Part shown: positions 63,836 through 64,000 of the stretch, in pieces
Layout: each line of letters begins with the position of its first letter
Numbering within the stretch: position 1 is the stretch's first letter
Source of the DNA: Lytechinus pictus
Lineage: Eukaryota
Direction: 5' to 3'
Assembly: GCF_037042905.1 (NCBI RefSeq)
Contig: NC_087250.1
Location: 12,464,001-12,528,000, forward strand
Length of the DNA stretch: 64,000 bases
Translations under genes and position numbers: made by a program
Notes under the pieces: generated by a model
What the model was told of the DNA's origin: nothing
Databases searched by the model: none
Seen by the model: the letters and a program-made list of their open reading frames with translations, nothing else

Positions 63836-64000
63836 TGTGCCCTGAAGGTTGGGTGTACGGGAACACAAAATGTTTCCTGTTCGAGAACAGCCTCCAGGAC
63901 ATTCCCTGGACAACTGCTCGTGACACCTGCAACGCCCTGGAAGCAGTCACATTGTGCAACGGGAAGGCAGTGGAGCCATCCCTGCTCGTCATAGAAAGCA
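63836..64000 (+). CDS. C-type lectin domain exon (runs off the window end)
   Basis: TAG acceptor at 63833-63835. (V)CPEGWVYGNTKCFLFENSLQDIPWTTARDTCNALEAVTLCNGKAVEPSLLVIES fits the long-form CTLD start CPxGW...CYxF...W..A...C...L..I.S. Confidence 0.9.

Overview
This is AT-rich, repeat-dense eukaryotic DNA. The SINE/MITE style and gene content suggest a marine invertebrate deuterostome, probably a sea urchin (inference only). Three protein-coding loci are supported, all on +. (1) The last 7 coding exons of RASEF/Rab45 (2483-10300), with all splice phases consistent and a CCDF prenylation end. (2) A GC-rich uninterrupted 330-aa orphan ORF (27081-28073). (3) A secreted C-type lectin gene (exons 58025-58088, 60923-61090, 63836-window end) whose pro-region is full of dibasic sites and includes KR-SYGRPG-KK. 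Most of the rest is non-autonomous DNA transposons (several nested), a 3.45-kb foldback element, tRNA-derived SINEs, LINE tails, a histone H3 pseudogene fragment, microsatellites and small duplications. The most unusual items are a complete 72-nt cloverleaf tRNA with anticodon TCA (reads UGA) and a non-Sec architecture, inside a ~330-bp cassette embedded in (TA)n, and a Penelope-type minimal hammerhead-like motif at 47196-47234. All family assignments are by eye; no searches were run.
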